Assembly (NCBI RefSeq): GCF_006345805.1
Contig: NC_043001.1
Coordinates: forward strand, 76,508,001 to 76,572,000
Direction: 5' to 3'
Origin: Octopus sinensis
Lineage: Eukaryota
Length of the DNA stretch: 64,000 nt
The position numbers and the translations under genes are program-made. The notes beneath the pieces were generated by a model. The model ran no database searches. It was not told where the DNA came from and was given only the letters and a program-made list of their open reading frames with translations. Shown here in pieces: positions 1 through 14,256 of this stretch; positions within the stretch are counted from its first letter, which is position 1; each line of letters begins with the position of its first letter.

Positions 1-60
1 CTGTCGAATGAGACATTTCAAATCTCGTTTTTAAGTGTATGCATGTTATGTGTGTATAGG

Positions 61-120
61 TATGTATGTATGTATGTATGTATGTATGTATGTATGTATG
101 TATGTATGTATGTATGTATG
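61..120. repeat. (TATG)n microsatellite
   Basis: Perfect tetranucleotide run; source of the spurious MYVC ORF at 35..349. Confidence 0.97.
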
Positions 121-814
121 TACACACACACATACACATATATGTGTATTATCGATCCATTTCAGCCGATCTTACCAATTAGTTTCACATTGGGTATTAG
201 ATAACTGGATATTAGATAACGCGGTTAACAAACACAACGTGCTCCTTCAAGGCGACAATATATGGATGTATTTATGTTCAAATATATGTGTGCGACAATT
301 TATGTTATTCATGTGTGGGTCTGTGTGTTATGGATTTATGTATGTGTAAACATGTTTGTATAGCAATATATGCGTCATACATAATGTATAAACACCATTA
401 ATAAATAAGTTGCCGCGGTTTTCATCCGATAAAGGGATTTCTTATAAACGTGCTGTGTTAAGAACAAAATATCGGAGGGAGATGAAAATCCTGTTTCCCG
501 TGTCCTCTGAAAGGTGGGCTTGGCATGCCATAGTTACTGATGAGCAGACACGCGTTAAGGCTGCATCACTTGTAAATATTCTTTAACGGTGAACAGATTT
601 GGTCTCCGCTTATAAGACACGCTCATCTTTTTGATGGAAATACAGTCTTGGCTCATGAAAAGATCAAGATTGGTTGTCCGGAACGCGGAATGTCATCAGG
701 CGCTCACCACCCTCTACAAGTCGGGCAATGCGATCGTTGAAAGTTTCACTTTTGCAATATATATATAGAACTTATGGTGCGGAAGAGCGTCGACGTTTTC
801 GGGGAAACGCTAGG

Positions 815-1062
815 CGTCGCTGAGGTTAACTTTCCCTTTTATAAATCGGGGATCGATAAAATAAAGTACTAATCAAGTGCTGGGTTTGATGTGATCAATT
901 AACCACCTCCTCTAAAAGTTAGTGTCTTTGGGCGAAAATCTGAAATCATTGTTATTGTTAGGTGGCGAGCTTACAGAATAGTTAGAGCGTCAGACGAACT
1001 GCTCAGCGGCATTTTTTCCGGTTCTTTACATTCTAAGCTCAAATTCTGTCAAGACGTGGACG
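815..1062 (+). mobile_element. Degenerate fragments of SINE family A (core at 815-920, tRNA-like head at 960-1062)
   Basis: GCTGAGGTTAACTTTCCCTTT..CGGGGATCGATAAAATAAAGTAC and AGGTGGCGAGCTTACAGAATAGTTAG match the cleaner copy at 36772-36993. Confidence 0.55.
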
Positions 1063-1232
1063 CTTTTTCTTGGTTACTGATACTTCTGTACTTTCTAGCA
1101 CCATACGCCTATACGAGATGTTTTCTCAAGACAAATATCGCAGTATATGGTGTTCTTACAGTAAATTAACATTTAGTAGAATGTACAGATTGCCATCGGT
1201 ACTAAGTGTTCTCGTCGCAAATTTTATATATA

Positions 1233-1266
<34 letters not shown>

Positions 1267-1299
1267 TCTTTATTGTCTATATAAACGACCATGCTAGTG

Positions 1300-2055
1300 T
1301 CATAAAGCAGCAAAGTGAAAATATTCGCTGATGTCTCTAAGCGCCAGAAAATTATCAATGAAGAAGACCAAACTGAACTCCAGTCTGATCTACATGCTGT
1401 GGGTCAATGGATACACAAAAACAAAATGCAATTACACGAGGGAAAATTTGAGCTGATGCATTTTAGAAGAAAGATTATGCTAAACCAGCCATACTCTTTT
1501 CCTTCAAGGGAACCGCTCACAACATCTAATAATATCAGAGGCCTAAGACTAATTGTTGACAACAATCTCAGCTGAAGTGCCCGCATAAACAATAAGGTCG
1601 ATATAACTCGCAGGATGAGCTCCTGAATCCTAAGAACATTCCGGTCCAGCGAAAAAAGTGTCATCATTCCTCTTTGCTTCTCCTTTGTACGGCCACACCT
1701 CGAATACTGCTGCCTCCCTGTGGTCTCCCCATACAAAACAAAACATTTTGAAAAACTGAATCACCCCAGAGGTCGCTCACTAAAAGAACAAGGGCATGAC
1801 TGATCTCGAATATTTAGACCACCTTAAAGCATTTAAACCCAATTCCCTCAGGCGCCGCCGTGAGCGATACATCATTTGCACAATGTGGAGATTATACCAC
1901 CAGCATTGCCCAAACGACCTCAACATTAGCTTCAAAATTCATCCCAGGCTAGGACCAGGGACCATACGTCCCCTACTCAATTAAGGATCACAACACATAA
2001 ATACACTGCAACACAATTTCTTTTCCTCAACAGGCGCTGCCCTATTTAACATTGT
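1300..2055 (+). pseudogene. CR1-clade LINE, 3' RT/thumb fragment, decayed
   Basis: Translated pieces KIFADVSK (YADD-like), LQSDLHAVGQW..KNKMQLHEGKFELMHF, ILRTF, VRPHLEYC, SLRRRRERY; frameshifts and stops present. Confidence 0.85.
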
Positions 2056-4097
2056 TATATATATATCAACCGAATGAGCCAGAAAGATGGAGAGAGAAAG
2101 ATGGAGAGAGAAAGAGGGAAAGACAGAAAGAGAAAGAGAGAAAAATAGAGAGTCTAGATGAGAGTTTAATTAATAACTTTAATTGCAAAATTTTCAAGAG
2201 GTAAACGGCATCATTTTCTTAGAACACAACCGTCAAAAGTGAAAGTATATTGCAATACAAATGAAAAGGGAAGACAGCCCCATAATTTCGTAAAGGGAAT
2301 ATAAAGTGAACTGGTGAAATCCTTTAATTTCATTAACACGACTCTGTCACTATTCTGCAATCACAAGCACCTACTTATATAGTATCCTCAGAAATAATAG
2401 CTGAGGTACACTGTTCCTATGTACTTTACTCAACACCGAACTCCACTGCGAAGGCAATTGGATGGTTTGTATGTCGACACACGATAGCCATATAAAATAT
2501 TCGTACAGTTGTCGTGTTATATAAAATGTATGTACGTTCTATACATTAGGTATGTCATAGACAACGCTTACATGAAATTATGTGGTGTCACTGTCATCAT
2601 TTCCGGTCAATTTACTTCCGCTTTTTTAAAGATACTAAACTGCATGTTAACCAAAGTCTGTAGATACTGTCGATAGACCAGTGTTTAGGTGTTGACTGAT
2701 TAAACAGACACCGTATATAAATACTAACTGCATATACATTGTGTATTGATAGATGTTGACTAGATAGCCCATACACTCATTTTTTTTTGTTCAAACTAAC
2801 TGATGTGCGATCTATAGCATTGGCAGCGTCTCAGAGTAAAAAAGTTGGCTCTAGGCCAGGCGCAACTGCTATACACTTGTTTATTATAAATGTGACTTTT
2901 ATCATAAACTCAGTACAGTACTTTATAGAAAGTAACTATTCGAATTCACGCTTTCTAACGCAATATATATGGGAAGCAGACATAAATCGTCTCACAGCCG
3001 ATTGATGCGTATTCCTTGATTGTTGGGCATTGTTAGAAGCATGTACTCAGTCTATCGCATAGTAAAACAAAATCTGTCGCTTTCGATATAGGAAAATAGT
3101 GAATGAATAATTACTGATGTTGCAAATAGCCGCCTGGCTGAATAAAAATTCGTTGTATGCAACACTATTGGCAACACCAGTGATTGCTATTCACAGTTTT
3201 CCGATATCGATAACGACAGATTTTTATCTTAGCATGCAGTAAGTTGTGAGCACATGCTGCTGACAAAGCCAACGAGGTAGGAAATGCATTTAGCATTCTC
3301 ACCGCAGTTGCTGGATGTTTTTCGTCTGTTATTGATATATTTGCCTTTTTAAACACAGCACGTCTACACGAGATATTATCTAAGGACGAATACCGTAGTA
3401 AATTTGCATTTTCGCAAAGTATTTACACTAGGTATGAAAGACGAAAGTCCTCATTACTTCCATCACCAAATGAAGGCACTTCAATGTGGTAAATCATCTG
3501 GACTAGAAATAGTAGCCAAATTTTTGTCAATTCTCACCCAGCTGTCTTCAAACGATATCTATAATACATTATATAATGTAATCTTAGATAAAATATTTGG
3601 ATCTTTACCTTTTGACCGACAGATTTAAAAAATAATTTTTGTAACTAAACAATATCAAACTTCGGACACTGGTAGAATGTGTCATATAAAACATCTTTTA
3701 CTCTTAGCATTTTTGAGAAAAAAAACTTATATTTACGAAGTTATTTCACGTTAAAGTTCTCGTATTTCAGTAATTTCAACCAATCAATGACGTGTATTCA
3801 GCTGAATAAAATTACTGCTGTTGTTTGTCAACAAGAACTTCCGGCGGTGGATATTAGAGTAAAAAGTTGACTGTCACAAGCATCACTGACCTGGGGTTAA
3901 ATAAACATGCACGCACACACAGATATACATATATGGCGACAACCATCATCAAAACTATTATTATAATCGTCATCACCATCGTTGTCGTCAAGGTCAAGAT
4001 GACTTTAACCATAAAATATTCAATCGCTAAACGGCATCACTTTCTTAGAACACAAGCATCAAACCATTTTCGTTTGCTGCCATTGATTCAGTTACCT

Positions 4098-4810
<713 letters not shown>

Positions 4811-5024
4811 GTGAATGTCTGTGTGTCTTCAAGTATAAGTGTGTTTGACTGGTCAAAGGCCTCGCCAGACACCCTAATCTAACTATGCGCTCTGCAGCTT
4901 TGATCAGTAGCTGACTGGTCTACACATCATAATACATAGTTACTCCTGACACATATCGATCTATCGATCTACTAATCAGTCAATCAGCGAGACGGAAAAT
5001 ATTTGGGCAGTGTAGGATTAAATT

Positions 5025-5406
5025 ATATGTATGTATGCATGTATGTATGTATACATGTATGTATATATGTTTGTATGTATGTATGTATGTATGTATGTAT
5101 GTATGTATGTATGTACGTATGTATGTATGCATACATATGTATAAATATATACATACATACACACATGCATATATATATGCATACATATATATATACATAT
5201 ATACATACATCCACACACACATATATACACATATATATATATGTATACAGATATAAACAAATACATAAATACACACGTATACACGTGTATACACACACAT
5301 ACGCATATGTATAGCTGTATATATACACATACATACACATCCATATATATATATATATATACATATGTATACATAAACACACACACATATATGTGCGTGC
5401 GTGTTA

Positions 5407-5439
<33 letters not shown>

Positions 5440-5490
5440 TGTATGTATGTATGTATGTATGTATGTATGTTGTATGTATGTATGTTTGTA
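5025..5490. repeat. Compound (TATG)n/(TA)n/(CA)n microsatellite
   Basis: Direct reading. Confidence 0.95.
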
Positions 5491-6242
5491 TGTATTTATG
5501 CCTAAACTCGGAGTTTCATATACGTAAATATCCATGTAATAAAGAAACATTATGGCGGGCAAGCTATTCTTGTAATACGGGTAGGATATATGAGAACTTT
5601 ATACTTAAATAATTATTTTCGAAAATCACAAAGCGAAATACTGAGTGCATCAAAAAACCAAAAAAAAAAAAAACCCCCCCAAAAAACGTTTTTCCACCAT
5701 TTTGGATAAAAGTTTCAACACCAAACGCATGATCTGCACAAGTTCAAATCATAATGATAACTAAAAATAACAACGGTGAAACATTAGCTATATGAAGATA
5801 TTATTACCACCTGCCTAACTTCAATAGTACGACATCAATGGCTGTGTAAAATATGAGCGATTTTTCTATTTCAACCTTATACGTAGTAGCAAGCCTCTAA
5901 CTGAATTTGAGACCGACACGCAAATTCAATCAAACGTTTTTTGATAGTTAACTGGACGTATGAGATAGACTGATGTCAGATAGAAGCTCACTTCTAGCAT
6001 GTTTCAATAGCACATGATCAAATAAACTAATGGTATCATCATTAAGGTTACTAATTGCGAATTTGTGAGTCATAATATAAGGTTGATTATTAAGGCACAG
6101 TAGAAATGAGAAAAGAGAAATGAGCAAAGCCAAACGTTGTAGTTGGTCGCGGTTCAGCTATCAGTTGTTTGCTTAGACCAGAGGTCGGCGAACCGGGGTA
6201 AATTACCCTAAGTGGAGTAACTGATTAGACTCATTCGACATA

Positions 6243-7192
6243 CCGTATTTGACGGCATATTAGACGCACTGGCATATTAGACGCACCCTCATTTCAGCAG
6301 GTCAAATTCAGGAAAAAAAGTTTTAAGTGTATTTAAGCATATATTGTTGAAAGCAGTCTAGCAGCACATTACAAAATCAGAAAACATTGCTGTATAAAAG
6401 CAAGCATACAAAAGGAAAGCATACAAATTACAATAGTAATCATCTTTAATCATCTTTTTAACCAGAAAACTCTTCATCATCTTCTACACCAGAAAAGTCT
6501 TCATAATCAGCAGGCTTTTTTTGTGCAATGGATGTTTTTGTACGCATTGATAAACCCTTCCGTTTCATAAACCTGTAACACCAACCTTCTGTTCATGCAA
6601 AGTTCTGTATCCCTCGTTGTTCTGATACTCTCATGGCCTCATGAATTATCATTTTGGTAGATACACTTCTCCCTGAGTTTCTCTCATCAAGCACCCACGT
6701 TTTTATATCATCCTCAAGTTCTGGCCAATGTGGGGCTGGGCAACGAAGGTTATGTTTACCTTTCTGTGCTCTCATCAGCTGCTCTTCTTGCTGTCGCCAG
6801 ACACGTATCATTTTTTCTGTAGGTGGTGGCCCAAAAACCCTTGCTGCTGCTCTATTTCCATGCTCCTTGGCATAATCTACCACTCGTAGTTTGTAGGAGA
6901 TTTTGTAGCTTGATCTTTTTGCTTCCATAGCTGTGAGGGTGCTTGTACTGTTGTAGTGTGTTTTGTTATGATCATAAATTTTGTTGTACCAAGATATCCA
7001 ACCTACCTCCGTATATACACGAACTCGCAACGATCATGTGCATTCCGTAGTTTTACTCCTCACCGTCAGATGGCATCGAGTTAGGGTTCCGATCAGCTGA
7101 TATTAGTAAACGTGTATCATGGATCGCAGCCTAACAAATTACGGTAGATTGCTTTGATTTTTACGATAATTCGTATTTTAAAGTAATAATAC

Positions 7193-7244
<52 letters not shown>

Positions 7245-7447
7245 AGCAATAAAATAATGATGCATGAGTACGGAAAATATCATTAAGGCGTTAGCGTAGG
7301 TAGAAATACTTATCGTAAGCTCGGTTAGTGAGCGTCTGGGAGAAGATTAGCCTACGGGAGGGTCTTGACTTAGCATATTAGACGCAGGGCGATTTTTTGA
7401 GCCAAACATTTTGGAAAAAAGTGCGTTCTATATGCCGTCAAATACGG
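6243..7447 (-). mobile_element. pogo-superfamily (POGK/Passer-like) DNA transposon, internally deleted, 1.2 kb
   Basis: TIRs CCGTATTTGACGGCATATTAGACGCAC and GTGCGTTCTATATGCCGTCAAATACGG; TA at 6241-42 and 7448-49; subterminal GCATATTAGACGCA repeats at ~6272 and ~7373. Confidence 0.93.
6458..6928 (-). pseudogene. pogo transposase N-terminus (Brinker-type DBD plus CENP-B HTH) fused to the acidic C-tail; DDD domain deleted
   Basis: MEAKRSSYKISYKLRVVDYAKEHGNRAAAR...WPELEDDIKTWV..ERNSGRSVS..FA*TEGWCYRFMKRKGLSMRTKT, then directly DFSGVEDDEEFSG*. Confidence 0.88.
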
Positions 7448-8638
7448 TAAGTAAAATTACATAAAAAATGTTCCTTGTTACGATAGAAATTTTTCTTCAC
7501 TGCATGTGTCCAATGTAATCGATGTGTTCAAATGTCACGTCATTTTCTGCTACAAACAATTTGGTTGCTAAAGCGTTGCCAAGTGACTAAACAGATGTTA
7601 TTTTTCAGTTGTCTATTACCCACCTTAAACTTATTTTTTGATATACGTGGTTTTGCTTTGTTTAAGTATATTTAAGTAGTTATTCAATTCAACCCTTTAA
7701 CAATATCGACTGGACCCCGAAGACTGTATTCAAATTGCTCTGGCATCAAAATGCCCCAACTTTGATGTAATTCTAACAAAAAGGAAACATCATTTCTCCA
7801 AAATCTGAAATGAAAATGTTTCTAGAAAAATCCTTTTGTTTCATAACGAGGATATTAATTTATTTCATTACATTTGTTTTATGATTCTTTTATATTTATA
7901 ATTGTATTCTCTATATAAATTGATTCAATAAACCTTTTGAATTCAAAGAATCTATGATTTTTTCCCTTTCAAATCAAGGGGTGTAAAGTCGGCGTAAATA
8001 AGTATATTTTGGAGTAATTGATTTAAAAGTTCCTCGATTCCTGGCTTAGACAGTTAGGTGTGTTAACAATGAGATTTTGCACCATGGACAATCTGAGTTG
8101 CTATCAACTTTACTATGGTAGAGGACATTCGCAATCCACTCATTCTTTCATTTTCTCTGACTCTGTCTGTCTGTCTCTGCCTCTGTCTGTCTGTCTCTGT
8201 CTCTCTCTGTATCTGTCTGTCTGTCTGTCTTTCTTTCTCTGTATGTATTTCTCCCCCCCCCTCTCTCTCTCATTTTTACGTCCTTGCATTAACTGGCTAA
8301 GTCAAATTGACTACAATCGCCTACTAAGCATAACTATAGAACTAATCAACAATATCAATGTATGGAAAAGGAATTTATATCCTTCTTCCCCCTTGTTCTC
8401 TAACGAGCCGTCATGTCCAATATGCTGTCTTTACCAGCATATAAGATGCATTACTATTTTACAAGCATACTTTGTGAAAAAAAGAAAAAACGTGTTTCAT
8501 CATACATATGTTGAAAAACTTTTTTAAAGGGTATTGCTGGGGAAAATGTAGAACTTTGTTCGTGTAAATGCTTTGTGACAGTATACTGAAATAAAGTATG
8601 AAACTATAAATTTATTATAAATAAAATACGTTATAGGA

Positions 8639-9122
8639 CTACTGTGTCTCAAGTTTATCTTCCTTCAGATCAAATGTAAGGTTATTTATACTCTGGTCAA
8701 GTGAATTGTCAAACAAGATGTGGGACTCGTATTTCTGGTGCTGATACATTATATAACTGCTATTGGTCGTTGTCATCCATTCATTGCGAGTAGCTAACAA
8801 GTAGGTGCAAGTGTATTAGGATTCCTTTCATCTTTAATGAGAATTTTTCCCTTTCTTAAAAGTAATACAGTTACTAAATAATATAAGACACCTATCAAGT
8901 ATGGGTTATGTATTCTGAGACAGGAGGTATACTGAGAAGTTGTAACCTACCCATATAACTGTCGACGTATCGTAAGCAAATTTTCGTACTTTTGCGCTGA
9001 CAGTTTATGATAGTTTGGCTCATTTTCAATATTTTATCATTCGTAACAAATATTGCGCCTAACGGATTAATGTTCATCCGGCTCTGTAGCCTACAATACT
9101 CAGTCCCCCATCCATTGTACGG
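8639..9122 (-). CDS. Possible pair of terminal coding exons (9122-8951 and 8793-8639) of an unknown gene
   Basis: Pyrimidine-rich acceptor ending TTGCAG, open frame, G|GTAGGT donor, 157-nt intron, TTGTTAG acceptor, matching phase 1, stop TAG. No recognisable homology. Confidence 0.25.
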
Positions 9123-9289
9123 CTGCAATTTTGATATATGAAAAAAGAAAGAGCGTCTTACACGCCTACATATACGGTTATCATTTTAAAAATAAGCATA
9201 TTTTGATGAACTGAAACCACGACTCCTCTTACATCTACTTTCAATTCGTCTTATAGTTAAAAACATGACGAGGCCAGAATCTTTGAGGA

Positions 9290-9800
9290 GCATTGGTTAG
9301 TGATGAAATCAACTCCAGTATATGATTAGTATTTTATTTTATCAACCACTAATAAATGAAAGTCAAGGCTGTCTAGGTAGAATTTGAAATCGGAATATAA
9401 AATGTCTGAACAAATATAGCATTTTTCTGGTGTTTTAGCGGTTCTGCTAATCCACTGCCCTAATTTAATAATAATCCCTTTCTTCTATTAGCACAAGGCC
9501 TGAAATTTTGGGGGACGGAACTAGTCGATTACATCGACTAAAGTGCTTGACTGGTACTTATCTAATCGACCCCGAAAAAATAAAAGGTAAAGTCGACCTC
9601 GGCAGAATTTGATCTCAGAACGCAAAGCCGCTAAATATTTTATCAGGCGCTCATGATTCTGCCAGCTCGCCACTTTAGTAACAATAATTTCTGATTTAGG
9701 CACAAGGACAAGTCGATACCATCGACCCAAACTCTTGACCGGTACTTCACTTTATCAACATTGGAAGTTAACCTCGGTCGGATTTGAACTCAAAGCGTAA
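9290..9800 (-). mobile_element. Cluster of ~3 degenerate SINE family A copies
   Basis: Repeated AGTCGATTACATCGAC..CTGGTACTT..ATCGACCCCGAAA..AAAGTCGACCTCGGCAGAATTTGA, separated by short AAT tracts. Confidence 0.8.
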
Positions 9801-9849
9801 AGTAACGGAACAAATAGCAGAAAATGAGTAAATGAACGCTACACAGACA

Positions 9850-9955
9850 CATTGAGAAACAAAACACTTCCCTTCAAGTTGCTCCAGTCCACTCAGCTGC
9901 AAACGTGTAACTCTGCGACGGACTGGCGTTTCCGTTCAGAGGGATTGTCGGCCTG
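9850..9955 (+). mobile_element. SINE family C core fragment
   Basis: GTTGCTCCAGTCCACTCAGCTG..GCGACGGACTGGCGT matches 12400-12460. Confidence 0.7.
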
Positions 9956-10019
9956 CCTGCCTAACTAATGAGATGACGTCATACAAAAGCCACAACTATG
10001 CAAGGAAGCATAGTTAGTA

Positions 10020-10574
10020 GAGGTTAGTGCTCAAGAAAAACTTTTACGGAAATGTACTTATAAAAATTATCTTAAAATAAGTTATCTTTATATGCCGTGT
10101 TTGCAATTCTCCATATAGATGATAGGAAAGTGTGTATCAAATGAAATGAAAATCTTGGTTCAGTGACAGATCGATCAAGTTAGTAAAGTTTTAACGTTTT
10201 TGGTAACAACATATTCTCTCTTCTATAGAAAACAAGAGAAAATGCTACCCTCTCTTTTGCAGGAGAAATTAATTTTGGCAGTAGGAGCTGAACTGATTTT
10301 TTCATCCCCTCCTGAACCTCAAATATTCACATCTATGTCAGTTTTAATGCCAAGTGACAACTTATTTTCGTGTTGTGTTTATATACAAGTTTTAAAAGTT
10401 TAAACTTTTACTGACTTGATCGAACTGTCACTGAACCAGGATTTTAATTTCATTTGATACATACTTTGCTATCATTTATATGGAGAATTGCAAACATGGC
10501 ATATAAAGATAACTTATTTTAATAGAATTTTTATGAGTACATTTCCGTAAATGTTTTTCTTGCGCACTAACCTC
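10020..10574. mobile_element. Foldback MITE with ~180-bp terminal inverted repeats
   Basis: 10020-~10198 is the reverse complement of ~10395-10574 (about 90% by eye); termini GAGGTTAGTG..CACTAACCTC; flanked by TA on the left and CA on the right (possible decayed TA TSD). Confidence 0.88.
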
Positions 10575-11767
10575 CACTCCCACACACACCTGCACATATA
10601 CGCACGCGGATACACATGGATGAAGTCCCATTTTGGAAGTATGTTAAAGATTTTATTATTTTGGAATGAAGGACGCAAACTTAGATGCTGAGCCAGTGAC
10701 TAAACTTGTAGCATCTTGTTGGGGTTAATCCAAGGTATGTAAGAAGTACTTTTCTGAAGCAAAATTTCAATAACACCATACTCGCTAAATACTAACCATA
10801 ATCGTAACCCTAAACCTTAAATTCGTTTACAGCACATCCAATAACATAAAAATCACGCTTCAAAATAGTGTTTAGCGCGTATGGTGTAATTGTAAATAAT
10901 TACCCAAAAATTTCATGATTTTAGCGGGTGCAGAGTTTATCTTTACTTTAAAAAATGTGGAGAGGTGGATGGGTCGTAGATGTATGACGGAGAATTATTC
11001 AATATCGTGTTAGCTTCTATCAGAATCGTTTACCTTTAAAGCGAAAAAACAAAACCGACGTATACGAATAAGTATATAAAACATATTTCTGTGTACTTTC
11101 TCTGTTCATTCGGATTAGGTGTAGAAATTGCTGCGCGTGCGCTCACACAAACACACAAATCTCCAGACATTTAGCTGTTAATTTTAGCATATCGAGTTGC
11201 GTGGTGAGGGCTTCACATGCCGTGATCCTTTTGTTGTTTCACTATAAATCTGCGCATGCGCAAACAATCGTTCATTTTCACCGGGATGGAGTGGCGAGGG
11301 GTGTGTAGACTAATTTTGAAGTTCTTCATAGAAAATTTGAAATTAATTTTTTTTTCTATATTCTTAATCTCTATTTTTCCTCGTAGATTGAAAGAGAAAA
11401 TTTCTAAAAAAAAGTTTAAAATTAAAAATTTGGTGGGAGCAGGAAATTAAAAATTTTGAAAACGTTATTTCTTGTATATTCGGAATCTCCGTCATCGAAG
11501 ACATAGGAATTCGCTGGAAAAAAAATCGCAAAGGTCGGATTTGGTGGGGTGATGGTGGTGGGGTGGTGGTGGTGGTGGGGTGGTGGTGGTGGGGGGGGTG
11601 ACTGTGCCTTATTTCTTATTTGTTTCTATCTAGAAATCAAACGACATGACTTTTATTCCCTTCAAACTTTGCTTTTGTGACTTGGACATCAATGTTTTGA
11701 AACTGAACTATTTTCCATTACATTTCTGACATATTCAACATTGAGTTGAAACAGAAATATCGTTATA

Positions 11768-11934
11768 ACAAATATTCTGCTCAATACCACAGATTTGCTT
11801 GTTAGTTGCTTGACCTTAACCACTTGAGCCATGTCCCTTCGTGTGTAATAATATGTACATCTCTGGTTATGAGCAGGGCTAGTGGGGGTGCAACATAGCC
11901 ATGTGTTGGGAGAGATTTTTTGGGGTTTGAATAA
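11768..11934. repeat. Module shared with orphan element D (26899-27063)
   Basis: TATTCTGCTCAATACCACAGATTTGCTTGT...CATAGCCATGTGTTG...TTTGGGGTTTGAATAA in both copies. Confidence 0.8.
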
Positions 11935-11988
11935 ATATAGCAAAAGCAAAATTCGAAGGAAATATTCATAATTTATAATACTTTCTGT

Positions 11989-12307
11989 GGAAGCGCGTGG
12001 CTTAGTGGTTAGGGCATTCGGCTCATGATCGTAAGGTTGTGAGTTCGATTCCCGGCGACGCGTTGTGTCCTTGAGCAAGACACTTTATTTCACGTTGCTC
12101 CAGTCCACTCAGCTGGCAAAAATGAGTTGTACTTGTATTTCAAAGGGTCAGCCTTGTCACTCTCTGTGTCACGCTGATTATCCCCGAGAACTACGTTAAG
12201 GGTACACGTGTCTGTGGAATGCTCAGCCATTTGCACGTTAATTTCACGAGCAAGCTGTTCCGTTGATCGTATCAGCTGGGACCCTCGTCGTCGTAACCGG
12301 CGGAGTC
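11989..12307 (+). mobile_element. tRNA-headed SINE family C, tail type 1
   Basis: A box TGGCTTAGTGG, B box GAGTTCGATTCC, CORE-like CCTTGAGCAAGACACTT, tail ending ACCCTCGTCGTCGTAACCGGCGGAGTC. Confidence 0.88.
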
Positions 12308-12309
12308 TT

Positions 12310-12545
12310 TGAGCGTGTCAGCACCATGATCGCAAGATTGTGGTTTCGATTCCTGGACCGGGCAACGCGTTGTGTTCTTGAGCAAAACACTTCATTTCAT
12401 GTTGCTCCAGTCCACTCAGCTGGCAAAAGTGAGTAGCGTTGCGATGGACTGGCGTCCCGTCCAGCTGGGGAACACATACGCCATAGAAACAGGGAAACCG
12501 GGCCCATGAGTCTAGTTAGGCTTTAAAAGGGCGCATTTATTTTTA
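12310..12545 (+). mobile_element. SINE family C, tail type 2, 5'-clipped
   Basis: Same core, then GCGATGGACTGGCGTCCCGTCCAGCTGGGG...GGCTTTAAAAGGGCGCATTTATTT. Confidence 0.88.
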
Positions 12546-12954
12546 TTTTATAATACTTTCTAGGGGTAAGCAAATGACAGTTGCTATCCAAGGACAAAAA
12601 TCGTGTAACACAGTGTTGGTATACGTATGTCATATTTTCTTAAAATACCCATGTCGGTAAAAGTATACTTCCAAAGTTGACCGTTTTTATGACGAGTAAT
12701 ATGTTAGTAATTAAAAAAGTAGACACCAGCTGCCTGACTTAAAACTTTAAAAAAGACGACATCGGTAGCAGCACACACCATACCCAACTCTGCTCGATAC
12801 ATTTTTTTTAGTTGTAAAAATACCACAGAAACAGATGAAAGTCTTGCTTAGAATAAAACACAATAGAATGAACTGGAATGCAAGAGGAGTGATGATATTG
12901 AAAATCTATATGTTATTGGTGATATTGAATGCCGATTTCTTATCTAACGCCCTG

Positions 12955-13740
<786 letters not shown>

Positions 13741-14155
13741 CATACACTAAAGCACCTATTTATAAATATACGCTTTTTATGAATCTCGTTTGATCTTCAA
13801 TCGAGTAAAAAAAAATATAAAAAAAAAACGAAACAAAACAAAGCAAAAAAAATGACCTCAGTTATTGGATAATACTGAATATTACTAGATATTGATGATA
13901 GATATTTGAAGACGGCCATACTTGTTTTCTCTTATAAAACGGAGGCCTTAAATATATCATTATTAAGCAAGAAAATTTCTTTGCTATTCTAGGGATATTC
14001 ATGGAATTATTGGCATACATACATGAACAGGCGTTTATTCCCACGCATACATAAACACGTGAACACATATACACACATGCACACAGAGTACATAAAAATG
14101 TGCACAAATTCAAGCGCCTCTGTCTTCGTGCACATTTTTTCAGATGCGTCTCACT

Positions 14156-14256
<101 letters not shown>

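Noticed and set aside
537-575. CTGATGA-GCAG..CTGC hammerhead-like start
   Set aside because: It is not followed by GAAA.
3250-3492. 80-codon open frame with a hydrophobic stretch (GNAFSILTAVAGCFSSVIDIFAFL), GPCR-like by eye
   Set aside because: It has no start codon, no good splice acceptor and no diagnostic motif, so chance is likely.
10200-10403. 67-aa ORF
   Set aside because: It lies in the spacer of the foldback MITE and has no transposase motif.
11251-11262. TGCGCATGCGCA NRF1-like palindrome as a promoter
   Set aside because: It is a single motif with no CpG island or adjacent gene, and probably lies within a repeat.
11989-12060. tRNA genes at SINE heads
   Set aside because: A/B boxes are present, but there is no complete cloverleaf and each head continues into a SINE core.
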